A DNA stretch of 64,000 nucleotides, taken from positions 59,148,001-59,212,000 of the forward strand of contig OZ024742.1 in the NCBI GenBank assembly GCA_964016885.1. Direction: 5' to 3'. Below are positions 26,676 to 38,503 of this stretch, piece after piece. Under the pieces are notes generated by a model. That model ran no database searches, was not told the DNA's origin, and saw only the letters and a program-made list of their open reading frames with translations. Origin of the DNA: Eledone cirrhosa (taxonomy: Eukaryota). Positions within the stretch are counted from its first letter, which is position 1, and the number at the start of each line of letters is the position of its first letter. The position numbers and the translations under genes are program-made.

Positions 26676-27971
26676 CTATATATAGGGCTTAAAGTTTTGG
26701 AAGGAATGTCTGAGGCGGTGCTGGCAAGTTGCAAACACCTCAGATTTTTTGTTAAGTAGGTTACGGTTGGAGAAGATAATATTGTGTGTCTCTAGTATAC
26801 AGAGGTTACAGAATTTATTAGGTGGTTTGTACGAGGTCGCGCTGCCTATCACTTCCCATTTGAGTGTGTATGGTTTATTTTTAGATTTTAGATAGTGTAT
26901 GTAGCTAGAAAGTGAGGTGGAGTTGGCTAGGCTGTGCTTTTTGAACGAGTGGATGTGCGAGTTATATCTAATTTTGAAGCAGTTAGAAGTGGAGCCTACA
27001 TAGGTTTCTGAAGAGTTATTAGTCGTGACTGTGCATGAGTATATGACATCCTTGGTTAGGCATTTTTTATCTAAAGGGCAGGTTCTATTAGCTCTACAGT
27101 TACACTTATTCTGTGCGTTAGTCCGCTGGTTATAATGCAATGCGGAAGTCTGTGTGGTGGATATAGGATTTTGGGTGTTCAGGTTGACAACCCTGGTGTT
27201 ATTACTTATACTAGTGTTATTTCTATTGTTACTGCCGTTGCTATTGTTGCTTGCTACAGTGGTATTTAGAGGGTTTGCATCCCGTTGTGATTTTGTTTGT
27301 TGGAAGTAAGAACTAATTTTACTATTATTGCTGCTAGCTATGTGGTATGCTAAGTTAGGCGTCGTAGAGTATGAGATTTTAATGGTGTTTTTGTTTAAGA
27401 GGTTGTGGTACTTGTGTCCTAGAGGGAAGTTTTTATCTAGTAGTGAGAAGAAAGCCCTAGGTATGTTGGTGGAGACATTTAGGTTGAAAGGAGGGTTGAA
27501 AAATGTATTATTTCTTCTTCTATTTTTGCTTTTAGTGTTTGGTGTGTTGCTTCCTCCTAAGGCCTCACAGTAGTTTCCATGGTAATGGTTACTTCCGGTG
27601 GCACCCTCCGCTTTGGTGTACTTGTGGTTGCTATTCCTATTATTAGATTTCCTCATGGACATGTTGTGCGAGATGATGTTGTAGCTATGTGTTTTCTTAG
27701 GTAGGAACTCTATTTCTATATTATGGCCGGAGCTAGCTAATGCTTGATTGTAATATTGTGAGTTTTTGCTAAATATGTTTGCGTCATAGGACAGACTAGA
27801 GATTCTATTGGACACCCCCTTAGAGATAGAGTTTAATATTGATCTAGGGTGATTAGACTTGGTATCTACGTAAATAAGTTTCTCATTAGGCTTATGGAAA
27901 GGTGTATATATTTTTGAGTCTAGGTATAGTGTGGCGTCTAGGAAGTTAACATTTTTAGTGTTTTTGTCCAT
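26676..27971 (-). CDS. PLE polyprotein, C-terminal part: RT thumb, Asn-rich linker, CxCx5C motif, GIY-YIG endonuclease
   Basis: VNFLD, YVDTKSNHP, FNPPF, CNCRANRTC, VIY...YVG...RYNSH, CNLCILE; in frame with the RT if one A of the A10 run at 28038-28047 is removed. Confidence 0.9.
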   Translation of the reverse strand: MDKNTKNVNFLDATLYLDSKIYTPFHKPNEKLIYVDTKSNHPRSILNSISKGVSNRISSLSYDANIFSKNSQYYNQALASSGHNIEIEFLPKKTHSYNIISHNMSMRKSNNRNSNHKYTKAEGATGSNHYHGNYCEALGGSNTPNTKSKNRRRNNTFFNPPFNLNVSTNIPRAFFSLLDKNFPLGHKYHNLLNKNTIKISYSTTPNLAYHIASSNNSKISSYFQQTKSQRDANPLNTTVASNNSNGSNNRNNTSISNNTRVVNLNTQNPISTTQTSALHYNQRTNAQNKCNCRANRTCPLDKKCLTKDVIYSCTVTTNNSSETYVGSTSNCFKIRYNSHIHSFKKHSLANSTSLSSYIHYLKSKNKPYTLKWEVIGSATSYKPPNKFCNLCILETHNIIFSNRNLLNKKSEVFATCQHRLRHSFQNFKPYI

Positions 27972-28017
27972 GGTGATACTAAGGTTAAAGTTTTTGAATG
28001 TCTTATGCAGTTGTTTT

Positions 28018-29139
28018 CTAGTTCTTTCTATATAAAATTTTTTTTTTATATTCTATGAGTAGAAGTGCATCATCGCGGTACAAACCACCGTTGAGGTAAG
28101 GGAGGTCTTTATGGATTTCATTGAGGAGGTATAGGCCGACCAAATCAGTGACCTGCGCCGAATCACTAGATCCCATGGTTATGTCGAAGTTGTTGTGCGT
28201 ATCCTTGCGTGTCCATAGTTGGTCCTCGAAGGTGATTATGGTTTTACGGGCCGCAAGGATGACATCAACCTGGGCTCTAGTCAGGTCGCTATTGGTCATG
28301 GCCATGATAAGTGCCTTATTTAATAGGATAGGGGAAATAGAGGTGTAGTATGAATTGATATCAAATTGAATAAATTTTTTGTTCTTATTATTCTTGATAT
28401 CCTTAAACCATTCAATTACTTCACCCGTATTTCCCCATTGTTTAAGGTGTATCTTGTGTTTAATTTGTGGGATGATTTTATCCAAAATCTTCTTGCTGAT
28501 AATACCAATGTCGGACTTGGAAGGGCAGATAAGTCTTATCGTGGGGTTGCTGATGAAGTTCTCCTTATGGTCCTTCAGAGAGAATCTAGGGGGGTTCGGA
28601 GTGAAAGGTTGTGTATGCCTCTGTAGTCCTAGTTTAGACACTATATTATAACCCTCTACATTAATATCTTCTAAGTTTTTCAAGGTGGTTTTTTTGTAGC
28701 TTTTATGTAGTTCATTATATATAAACTTTCTATAAGTAATATAATCTAGGCTGTATATGTTATTAGTTTTATCTGCGTGTACAATAATTTTATTACTAGT
28801 TTTGAATCCACTAATAGAAGTGTTAAGTTTGTTTAAGAAGGTGTTGCTTCTAATATGGTGCTTATTGTATTTAATGTTCTTAACTAGTTTAACTAGGTCA
28901 TTTTCAAAGGAGTTAAGTAGAGTGTTATGAGGGGGGCTTTTAAAGGTTTTAAAGCCGAAGGAGTCAAAATTGTTAGTATTATTCAAGTTGTTAGATTTGT
29001 TTCTATCATAATGGAATGTCCTCCATCTCACTCTATTGATAAATGAATTTACACTGTTGATCAGCAATTTCTCATATGTATTCCTGGATGGTATTGGTAT
29101 GTTCTTGGTTGACATGGGGAGTTGGTCTTTGATTAGCAT
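28018..29139 (-). CDS. PLE polyprotein, N-terminal part: reverse transcriptase
   Basis: ADKT, KDHK..P.IRLI, QFDINSYYTSI, TMGS, YRDD catalytic motif. Confidence 0.92.
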   Translation of the reverse strand: MLIKDQLPMSTKNIPIPSRNTYEKLLINSVNSFINRVRWRTFHYDRNKSNNLNNTNNFDSFGFKTFKSPPHNTLLNSFENDLVKLVKNIKYNKHHIRSNTFLNKLNTSISGFKTSNKIIVHADKTNNIYSLDYITYRKFIYNELHKSYKKTTLKNLEDINVEGYNIVSKLGLQRHTQPFTPNPPRFSLKDHKENFISNPTIRLICPSKSDIGIISKKILDKIIPQIKHKIHLKQWGNTGEVIEWFKDIKNNKNKKFIQFDINSYYTSISPILLNKALIMAMTNSDLTRAQVDVILAARKTIITFEDQLWTRKDTHNNFDITMGSSDSAQVTDLVGLYLLNEIHKDLPYLNGGLYRDDALLLIEYKKKILYRKN

Positions 29140-29346
29140 ATTGGCAATATTATATGTCAGCTCAACGATATGGAGCAGTTAATAGTATTAGTTATACTAT
29201 TTATGGTTATGTAAACACAAAACCTTAAGCAGTTGTAAGTATTTTACACACACCCTAAATAGTGGTAGGCAGTAATGTATTACTACCTTATTACCAGTAA
29301 GTTAAGTAGCTCAATGTAAAAACATCAGATGATTTACAGAGCAGTT

Positions 29347-30115
29347 ATATGAAATATAAGAATCAAAGAACTGTTCAAAACATTATTGTGCTTACAGCTG
29401 TTTCCTCCAAACCGAGGTTTGGATTCTTCGGAGCAATTTATTAATGCATGGACAGTTATATGACCTCCTTTTCAGCCGAGAGACATACCAATACATATTC
29501 AAACATTGATACATATTCAAACATTGTGGGTCAACATTCATTACAAAATTTAGAGTGGCAGTACACACTTCGAGATTACATTTATATTAATAGGTACAAT
29601 CAAAAATCAAAGATATAGTACAACATGAAGATAAGTGGTTATATAGTGCAAATGTTATATGTGTGGCACGCATGTGCGTCTTGTTTATATAGTGTGGCAG
29701 AGAGATATATGTGTGGTAGAGGCACTTAGGTAGGTAAATAAGAGTGTTAGGTTGGTAGATCTGGTGGCAAAGTCTTTATATGATTGATGTAGTCTGTGTG
29801 TGGAGAAATATTATAAGCATTAAAGATAGTGCAAGCATTAAAAGTGTTATAAGTATTGGAGAAGCACAACGCAGGGATGTCAAGTAATTCATGTACTTCG
29901 GCATTTTCATGGTCAAGGGAGTGTATATTTCGATTATATGCCTTTCACATAATCCACGACAATCCAGTTAGAGATCGTAGTCTGGTGCTCTTTAGTTCGA
30001 TACAGGAGGTTGTTACGTTTCGAGAGACGCCATTGAATACCGGAAGTGTGTGTGTGGCTAAGGGGAGTTAATGCATGCGGGGAGGTAACTCTGGGGTTTC
30101 TATATCTAGCCATTA
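29347..30115 (-). repeat. 5' pseudo-LTR
   Basis: Direct repeat of 25141-25916. Confidence 0.9.
29389..29435 (-). ncRNA. pLTR type I hammerhead, U4C core (second copy)
   Basis: Identical to 25183-25229, 4206 bp away. Confidence 0.85.
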
Positions 30116-30287
30116 TATTTCATATAACTGCTCTGTAAATCATCTGATGTTTTTACATTGAGCTACTTAACTTACTGGTAATAAGGTAGTAATACATTAC
30201 TGCCTACCACTATTTAGGGTGTGTGTAAAATACTTACAACTGCTTAAGGTTTTGTGTTTACATAACCATAAATAGTATAACTAATAC

Positions 30288-30345
<58 letters not shown>

Positions 30346-30408
30346 TGAGATTCGACAGGACTAAAACTGTTTCATTCTTTAGAATATATATAAATATATA
30401 TGTATAAT

Positions 30409-30443
<35 letters not shown>

Positions 30444-30656
30444 GTACATATGTATACGAATATATATGTATACAAATATGTTCTCTTCCCTCATTGTCAG
30501 TTGGGATACATTTTCATCTATATTGTTTAATTCGCCTAAAGGCATAACTTTTCTCTATTTGTTTTGTTATGTCCCAATGTTCATTGGAATGAATGGCTTC
30601 AACCTATATATACCGAAATCGTAGTGAATTCCAGAGGTTGAATGAGAAGGTGAGAC

Positions 30657-30692
<36 letters not shown>

Positions 30693-30802
30693 AATCACGT
30701 TATATAAGGAAAATGATTTATTAAAAAAAAGGTTTGAAAAGCGCACCTGTTATATATATAAAGGATCTTTATAACATGCACGAAAACTGATGCTAAAAAT
30801 TG

Positions 30803-30847
30803 ATGTTTAGCAAAGTCTGCTTTCACCGTATTGGATTATCAAAACAT
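30803..30847 (-). ncRNA. Type I hammerhead, U3-A8 covariant core
   Basis: atgtt TTGATAA t cc aatac gg t GAAA gca gactt tgc TA aacat. Confidence 0.7.
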
Positions 30848-31409
30848 TTGTTATTAGATTGTTTTTTATTGTTAAATCTCCTGCATGCTGATTGACGACC
30901 ACATGGGTTTGGTTGCTTCTGTTCTTGTTAAAGTAAGGGATACAAGTGCTTTTTTCGTTGTCGCTTGTGTGTAGAAAAGTTATAATTTGTGACAGATGTA
31001 TACATAATTATTTATAAATCTACACAAATATATATAAATATAAAAGTTACTGATGTTATTTCCACGATCTCCGGCCATGACTCAATGATTACAGTAGTAA
31101 AACTGCATCTCGATGTTCATAGTGTACACATATTAGTTAATAGCAAGTGCAGTAGCTGTGTTTTGTTAAAGATACATTATGTATCTCCTGGATGGGTTCC
31201 ATTTCTGTAGAATATTTTTCACAACTACAGTTATTAGAAGTACAGTGTGCAGAAAATTGTGTATTATCAGCAGATACTACGCAATTGGGCAATTGCACGT
31301 CCTCAGGAGGTGATGCCCAAATCAATACATCGGTCGTTGTAGTGTGTGTGCAAGCGCATATTGCTCCGATAATGCCTCTAGCAGTTCTCTCTCCCTCTCT
31401 ATATAAATA

Positions 31410-32640
31410 TATATAATAACTGCCACTTCTTTTTTGAAGATGGTCATCTCTTCAATGTTGTGCTGAACGGCCATGAGCCCGTAAATGATTCCACAAACCT
31501 GCTCTGCTTCTGCACACTGTTTTACAGATATGACGCACATGTGGTTCCGGACATTCCTGAACGTACCTTCCTCCTTATGCACTCTCATATGATGCTTGAT
31601 CCCAGCAGCAGACATACAGGCTTTGTTGCAGGGAGGGAACCAACAAAATCGGCCCCAGACAACTGATAAATCTGAACTCTTTTAAATGATTTGCAAGCCT
31701 GGCACGCGAAAGAACAACCTTTTCGCAGATGTAACATTCACGCTCTGACCGGATATCCTCCGGAACTGAGTCTACATCATCTTTTCCGAGTGCTCTTTTA
31801 AACACTGTATGTTCCATCCCTTTGACCTCAAAACCATCACAACCATTATAAACCAGACTTCTCCAGTCAGATCTACTCTCTGCCTCACCTTTCCAATCCT
31901 CAACACTAATACCAAGTGTCTTCAGGTTGCCTTTGACGACATCCCTGAAACGTTTCTTGGGTTAGTGACTGCTGCGTTTACCAAGAGTTAACTTTCCATA
32001 TCAAATTCGCTTAGACAACCTCTCATCCCCCATTCACCCTAAATTCCCCTACTTAACTCTATTTCGATGGATATGGGTTCAGACAGAAAACCATTGAAGT
32101 TAAACCTCCATTTCATACTTCAATGTAGCTGCTTGAAAACTCTCATAAAACCCGGAAGGCATCACACCTTACCAAGTATGGTCCACGAGTCAAAAGCTTT
32201 GGTGAGGTCAACAAAAACCTGGTACAAAGCCATGCGATGTTCTAAGCATTTCTCCTGCAGCTTGCGAGCCGAGGGGATCATGTCCATTGTGCCTCGACCT
32301 AAAACATCATTGTGTTTCCGGAATTCGAGGGCAAATCGACTTAGTAAGCGTACTAAGCAGAAGTTTTGCAAAAACATTTACTCACTGCCCCAAGAGGGCA
32401 TATTTCTCGATAGTTGCCATCCACCGACTTTGATCCCTTTTTCTTGAACAAGGAAACAAGGATCGTATCAATCCAGTCTTAAGGAACAGGAGTATTCAAC
32501 CAAAAATAAAGCAAATGGTAAATCTCTACAGCAATTTTGTCATCCCCATGAAGCATGACCTTGAGAAGAATACTATCAAGACCCGGTCCCTTCCCAGTAT
32601 TAATCTTCCTTACACTCTCTTGAACATTTGTCAGAGTAAA
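31410..32640 (-). mobile_element. Degenerate RTE LINE
   Basis: RGTMDMIPSARKLQEKCLEH..LYQVFVDLTKAFDS; C-terminal CYICEK..SRARLANH and SAAGIKHH zinc-finger remnants. Confidence 0.8.
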
Positions 32641-34264
32641 ACCTGTTTCATGGCTGGATCTTTACTTTATAAGGTCAAAACCTCTGCCTTTCATCCATCC
32701 GAGATTGATAAAATAATGTACTAATCAAGTACTGGGATCGATATGATATCCGCTTATGTCCGTAGAACTTAGATATGGCACCAATCAAGTATTGTGAGAA
32801 ATGTAAACAATTTTCGAATCAGTCAATATACTTATGTAAAGGTACTATTTATACTTAAAATCATTCTATTCATTTAATGTCAACAAACACCTAAAGTCTT
32901 CATATTAACCCTTTCATTACCACATTTTTAATGTAAAACACTGCCTATATTTTTCAAACCATTTTGAAAATTAATATTTTAGAGGGATTTCGTAATACAA
33001 CTTTCTCATTAAGCTGGGTTTTGGAACATGACTTGATTCTTATATAAAATTGTTTGATATAAATACTTTGAATTAACAGTTTTACTTAATACAACCATGG
33101 GTAATTTTGTGTGCTTCGTTATCAAAAAGGTTAATATTGCCGCTAAAACTGAAATCAACTCTACTCGTTACTGAGGAAAATTTCACTCTTATTACTCTGT
33201 TATTCCATACTTTTCTTAATCTCGGCTAGAAATTTCATACAGAAGTAAGGTGTTCAAGATAACTTTGAAACAGTATTGAGTTACTAGCGGAATAAATCAA
33301 TTTATCTGATGGATATATATAATTTCTCTCCGTCGCGCTTGTGTATATATGTATAGACAGATGTGGGTATATATATTATATATATATATATATATGCTTG
33401 TGTGTGTATGCATTATCTTTACATCTGTCAATATTTAAGTGTATATGTGTATATATAAGTATATATAAATAAAAATTATATATGCGTACGTGTAGCTATA
33501 TGGAGAGAGAGAGAGAGAGAGAGATGACAGGCATAAAGTATATGTTGTTATTTTAGTAGTTTCCTCTCTGCATTTTACATATTCCACTGTTTATCTTATA
33601 TCAATGAGTGTATTCCCAAATCACAGGCAGAAATCCGAGAAAACGCCACATTATTCACATTATCCCTAATGAAACGTGTACCGATTCCTAACATTGGCAT
33701 TATGCCCCATATTTTCGGATGAAATATATAGTTATTTCAAATGGTATATGTTTACTGAAGGCGGCGAATTGGTAGTCATTATGACGTTGAATGAAAAATA
33801 CCTCAGTATTTGTATGGACTATTTTGCTTTTCACTCTTTCGAGCTCAATAATAAAGTACTCAATATGCTGTGCTGGGGTAGATTCTTTTTCTTCCTTTCT
33901 CTGAAGAGGAATTGGTTCCGCAAGGTTTAAAATGCCCTTGTTTTTTCTACTCGCTTCGTTATTTATTTAGAAGACAGTATGGCATTTAGTACTCCATGGT
34001 CAATACAAAACGTACCAGTCAAGTACTGGTTTCAATTTAATGATTAACTGCACCGGACCTACCCCATAAAAAATATTGCTTGCATTGTTTTTAAATAAAA
34101 AACGACAATTATTAATTTGGTGAATTCAAATTGAAGAATCGAAATCAAATTGCTGAATTCACTCAGTGAATCGTATCTATGGTTCTTGTTCAAAGTATTT
34201 AATTAAAAATTAAATTGCTTTTTATTTTATTCTTTCATTCTCTCTCTTTTTCCCTCTAATGATT

Positions 34265-34475
34265 TCTGATTTAGGCAGAAGGCCGGCAATTTTAGAGAGA
34301 ATGGAAAGTAAATTATATCCACCCCAGTACTTGCTTACTACATTATTTTATCAACCTCGGGTAGATGAAAGGCAGAAATAGTCTCGGTGGGATTTGACCT
34401 TATAAAGTAAAGAACCGGCGCACATACTGTTAAGCATTTATCTGAAGCTCTAACGACTGTGCCAAACCATCGCCC
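34265..34475 (-). mobile_element. Diverged tRNA-derived SINE
   Basis: Reverse complement resembles the major SINE family. Confidence 0.6.
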
Positions 34476-34754
34476 TTTTTACTTTCTAAAGAAAAATCAA
34501 CTAACGTTATATTGTCATTAGTTTATAATATATATTTGACCACCTATATATATATATATATATATACATATATATATAAAGATATAAAGAATTAGTATAT
34601 CTAGTAACATATATATACACAGATGCATACTTATGCTAGCAAATATATAGGTTTTGTCTTAGTAAATTGTGGTTCAATGCATGGGATGCAGAACAATAAT
34701 ATGAGAGACGTAAAATAAGAAAATTATAAAATTAACTTACTTACTAAAATTTCA

Positions 34755-34837
34755 CTCCAACTAATTAGTTTCTGAAGGGAATAAACATAGTTTCCGAAGA
34801 AACGTACGGAGAAGCCTTTCGTTTCGTCATCAGGGAA
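34755..34837 (-). ncRNA. Type I hammerhead with long helix II domain
   Basis: ttcc CTGATGA ... GAAA ctaattag TT ggag. Confidence 0.65.
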
Positions 34838-35391
34838 GTCTATTCTCAGCTAAGTTTCCAGGCAATACGTGGACACAGGGAACTTATACAAAAATAATTC
34901 AGTGGATGGAAAAAAGCAAAGCGTGGACTAAATTCCAAGCCATTGAAAAAATCACTGCCTACTGCGTCGGTGGCAAATTCAAAAGAATCAGTCACGTGAC
35001 AACGAGGTCAATCAGTGAAGAGTGGTTTGTTAAGAAGACAGCAACCGGACCGTTACTATAGTAGCAGTTTTGGCCAATTTTTGCTCGACAAAATAATTTG
35101 GAGATAATTATAAAGAATTAGTATATCTAGTAACATATATATACACAGATGCATACTTATGCTAGCAAATATATAGGTTTTGTCTTAGTAACTTTGTGGT
35201 TCAATGCATGGGGATGCAGAACAATAATATGAGAGACGTAAAATAAGAAAATTATAAAATTAGGCAGTAGGCAGTGATTTTTTCAATGGCTTGGAATTTA
35301 GTCCACGCTTTGCTTTTTTCCATCCACTGAATTATTTTTGTATAAGTTCCCTGTGTCCACGTATTGCCTGGAAACTTAGCTGAGAATAGAC

Positions 35392-35470
35392 TTCCCTGAT
35401 GACGAAAGGCTTCTCCGTACGTTTCTTCGGAAACTATATTTATTCCCTTTCAGAAACTAATTAGTTGGAG
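35392..35470 (+). ncRNA. Type I hammerhead with long helix II domain
   Basis: ttcc CTGATGA c gaaagg [loop] cctttc a GAAA ctaattag TT ggag. Confidence 0.75.
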
Positions 35471-35564
35471 TTAAATTTTAGTAAGTAAGTTAATTTTATA
35501 ATTTTCTTATTTTACGTCTCTCATATATAAAGATATATATATATATATATGCATATGTATATAC

Positions 35565-35598
<34 letters not shown>

Positions 35599-35745
35599 AT
35601 ATGACCAAAAGTTTATATGGTTCGTTGATTATTCAACGAATTAAATTTTACAATAGATTAGAAGCACTAGACCAAATTTATCTGGAGTATCTATAATATT
35701 CAAAATATTAATAAATGAGAAATACTTTCATAACCAAAGTATATA

Positions 35746-35804
35746 TTTTATTATACATATTTCAAGGGTACAGTGGATTTTGAGTACGCTTTCATCAGAT
35801 AAAA
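35746..35804 (-). ncRNA. Type I hammerhead (family C)
   Basis: ttttat CTGATGA aagc gtac tcaaaatccact gtac cctt GAAA tatgta TA ataaaa. Confidence 0.85.
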
Positions 35805-36534
35805 CATAAGAGATCCTTAAATCCCTGTAGTGGCAGTAAGTTACTTCCTCAACACTCAACATTTATATGCCACAAATAATATGTTAACTTAAAGAAGAAG
35901 ACGCAAAGCAACAAAGAAATATAGAAGGGAAGTTGAAAAGGAAGATGCGGAGAGAAAAAAAGAAGAAAAGAAGAGGATAAAAACAACAACCGTTGTATTC
36001 AGACCCTATACACAAATTTAAAAATTATTCTTATTAGTTATCAATGAATGCCGCTTGCATTGGATTAAGCTTTAATTAATTTATAGGTTTATAATATACT
36101 AATATACCTAGATTATTGGGCATAGATTAATTTCTACGGCAATCGAATATTTAAGTTCTTACACATTTATATGCTTAGATTAATTCCTTCGAGGTTATGA
36201 CAATGTTTTATTATAAGGTTTTATTATATTGTTATATATTCTATGTAGCATTATAATGTATATTTAAACACTTTATCTTTAATGTTTATTAAATATCTAC
36301 TAAATATGTATTAAATATGCGTATATCCACATCAATATATAATACATCTAAATTAATTCAAAATTCCTTTTCAACTTCCCTTCTATATTTCTTTGTTGCT
36401 TTACGTCTTCTTCTCTAAGTGAACATATTATTTGTGGTATATAAATGTTGAGTGTTGAGGAAGTAACTTACTACCACTATTGGGATTGAAGGATCAAGAC
36501 CTTAGGGCTATGTCGAATAACCAATCTCTTGTGT

Positions 36535-36591
36535 TTTATCTGATGAAAGCGTACTCAAAAACCACTGTACCATTGAAATATGTATAATAAA
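36535..36591 (+). ncRNA. Type I hammerhead (family C, inverted arm of insert 35602-36645)
   Basis: tttat CTGATGA aagc gtac tcaaaaaccact gtac catt GAAA tatgta TA ataaa. Confidence 0.8.
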
Positions 36592-36637
36592 TTATATACT
36601 TTAGTTATGAAAGTATTTCTCATTTATTAATATTTTG

Positions 36638-36681
<44 letters not shown>

Positions 36682-36683
<2 letters not shown>

Positions 36684-36892
36684 TGGGAAATGTGTAAAAT
36701 TCTTGGTACAGTAAGGTACTTTTAAAAAAAGAAAAGAATGACTTCACTTGTAGTTCTAAACAATTTAATTTAATTTTGTAATATTATGATTTTACAATTT
36801 GGTTTTGAAGATCTAGTAAGTTCTTTGTTAACTTCGGTGGGGAGATTTTTAAAAGTTCCTGGTTAACTTTCCTGGAGAACTTTCTCGCATAG
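36682..36892 (-). repeat. (TA)n insert homologous to 13830-14038
   Basis: Reverse complement matches 13830-14038 with substitutions. Confidence 0.7.
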
Positions 36893-37044
36893 TTATATAT
36901 ATATTATGTGTGTGTGTGTGTGTCTGATGGTAGCTAAGATGCTTCCATAGGAGGTATGCCGGTTGAGCACTCTATGCTCTTACAGATCAGAGTATGATAG
37001 AATAGAAAACGAAAAATCAGTGATGCATCTGAACTCAATTTATT

Positions 37045-37120
37045 GTGTGTTACAATTGTTTCGCCGGCGGACAGCTCGAGACGCGAGAGTGAGAGAATAT
37101 GGTCCGAAATCATTAGACGT
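37045..37120 (-). ncRNA. Decayed hammerhead within inverted repeat 36998-37255
   Basis: gt CTAATGA ... gccggc GAAA caattg TA ac; G5A substitution; 3' half repeated on + at 37185-37208. Confidence 0.5.
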
Positions 37121-37251
37121 GTCCGTCGAACCCGTGGGTCTATAATCAGACGGATCCACACAATGATCGCGCCTCGAGCTGTCCGCCGGCGAAACAATTG
37201 TAACACACAATAAATTGAGTTCAGATGCATCACTGATTTTTCGTTTTCTAT

Positions 37252-37340
<89 letters not shown>

Positions 37341-37356
37341 TAAAATAACAGATTAA

Positions 37357-37407
37357 AGTTTAAGCAAATAATTGCTGCTTTCACCCTTAACGGGATCTTC
37401 TGAAACT
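37357..37407 (-). ncRNA. Type I hammerhead, U4A core (family B), near-minimal insert
   Basis: ~75-bp island between (TA)n tracts consisting of little more than the motif. Confidence 0.7.
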
Positions 37408-38503
37408 ATATATATATATATAACTATGCAAATAGAAGTGGTCAAATTAGTTAATTTCCTGTTTACATGAGGTAAAGGTTGTCTTCAAATATTTGAAACC
37501 CTCCCCTCTAAAAAAAGATTAAAAGTCTTAATTAAAAGATTTAATCGCCCCCCCCCCCCCAACACACACACACACCAATATTATATCTCTGCTTACATTA
37601 GAAACCATGACTGGTGGATTGGCAAAAATCATAAAAAACATCGAAGTGCAACCTGGTATTTGTTTTGGCTGTTTATTTTATCATTTAAAATCAGGCCAAG
37701 GTCAACATCTAACCGGTGTCGATAAAATAAAGTAACACTCAACGAATTGGGGTCCATATTATCGAATTTCCCCTCCCCCAAATTGCTGACCTTGTGCTAA
37801 CGTTAGAAAAACAATATTAATGAATCAATTACACTGCAAATATAATTTACTAGGATATTTTCTCACATCATTTGTTATTCACTGAAAATATTTTCATGCA
37901 TGCTTTCCAAGATGTACGTAATTCTCTTTGATGTAAGAATAGGGATACTCTTGATGTTATCTCCAAAGCTTATACCATAATAAAAATAATAATAATAGTC
38001 TGGGTGTTGGGGTTATATAGTAGAGTGGTGTCAGCCATGATCGTTTTAAACAGATGTTGGCAAAACGTTTGAATAATACCGTTGGGGTAATTTTCTAAAT
38101 ATGTTAAGAACGCCAACACAAAAACAACTACAAGAAAAAAATATACTTCAGCGCTGTCATAATTGTCTTTATAAGGAAAGACGGTGGAATGGCAAGAGTG
38201 TAGAATATAGCACCAAACAAAAATTGAAAAAAAGAAAGGAAAGGTCCCTAAACCACAAATGAAGTCGTCATGACGCCGTTTTGAAACATGGCGTGTCTTG
38301 GGGATTTTAAACCTCATGGGTATGTCCCTTACCACATATATATATATATATTTAGGTTTGAAGGTTAACCACTGGCTAGAGCTGGTCAATTCCGTACGAT
38401 TTAGGGGGACGGGGTTTCAAATATTTGAAGACTACCTTTAACTTATGTAAACAGGAAATTAACTAATTTGACCACTTCTATTTGCATAGTTATATATATA
38501 TAT

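Larger units (their letters stand above)
25141..30290 (-). mobile_element. Near-intact Penelope-like retroelement with pseudo-LTRs and inverted terminal arm, inserted in (TA)n
   Basis: RT plus C-terminal GIY-YIG; direct repeats 25141-25916 / 29347-30115; 30113-30290 is the reverse complement of 29182-29359; hammerhead in each repeat. Confidence 0.95.
34583..35526. mobile_element. Retrozyme-like non-coding element, ~526-nt monomer; ~1.3-mer plus inverted arm
   Basis: tataaagaattagtatatctag... recurs at 34583/35109 for ~150 bp; 35263-35526 is the reverse complement of ~34700-34965; hammerhead in both arms; (TA)n flanks. Confidence 0.75.

Noticed and set aside
27328-28651. Plus-strand ORFs overlapping the PLE
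   Set aside because: Antisense shadows of the RT/endonuclease ORF with no motifs
25657-30071. Identical 71-aa ORFs at 25657 and 29856
   Set aside because: Result of the pLTR duplication; antisense to the element; non-ATG start
25141-30115. LTR retrotransposon interpretation of the direct repeats
   Set aside because: No TG..CA ends, PBS, gag or integrase; RT and GIY-YIG are PLE-type
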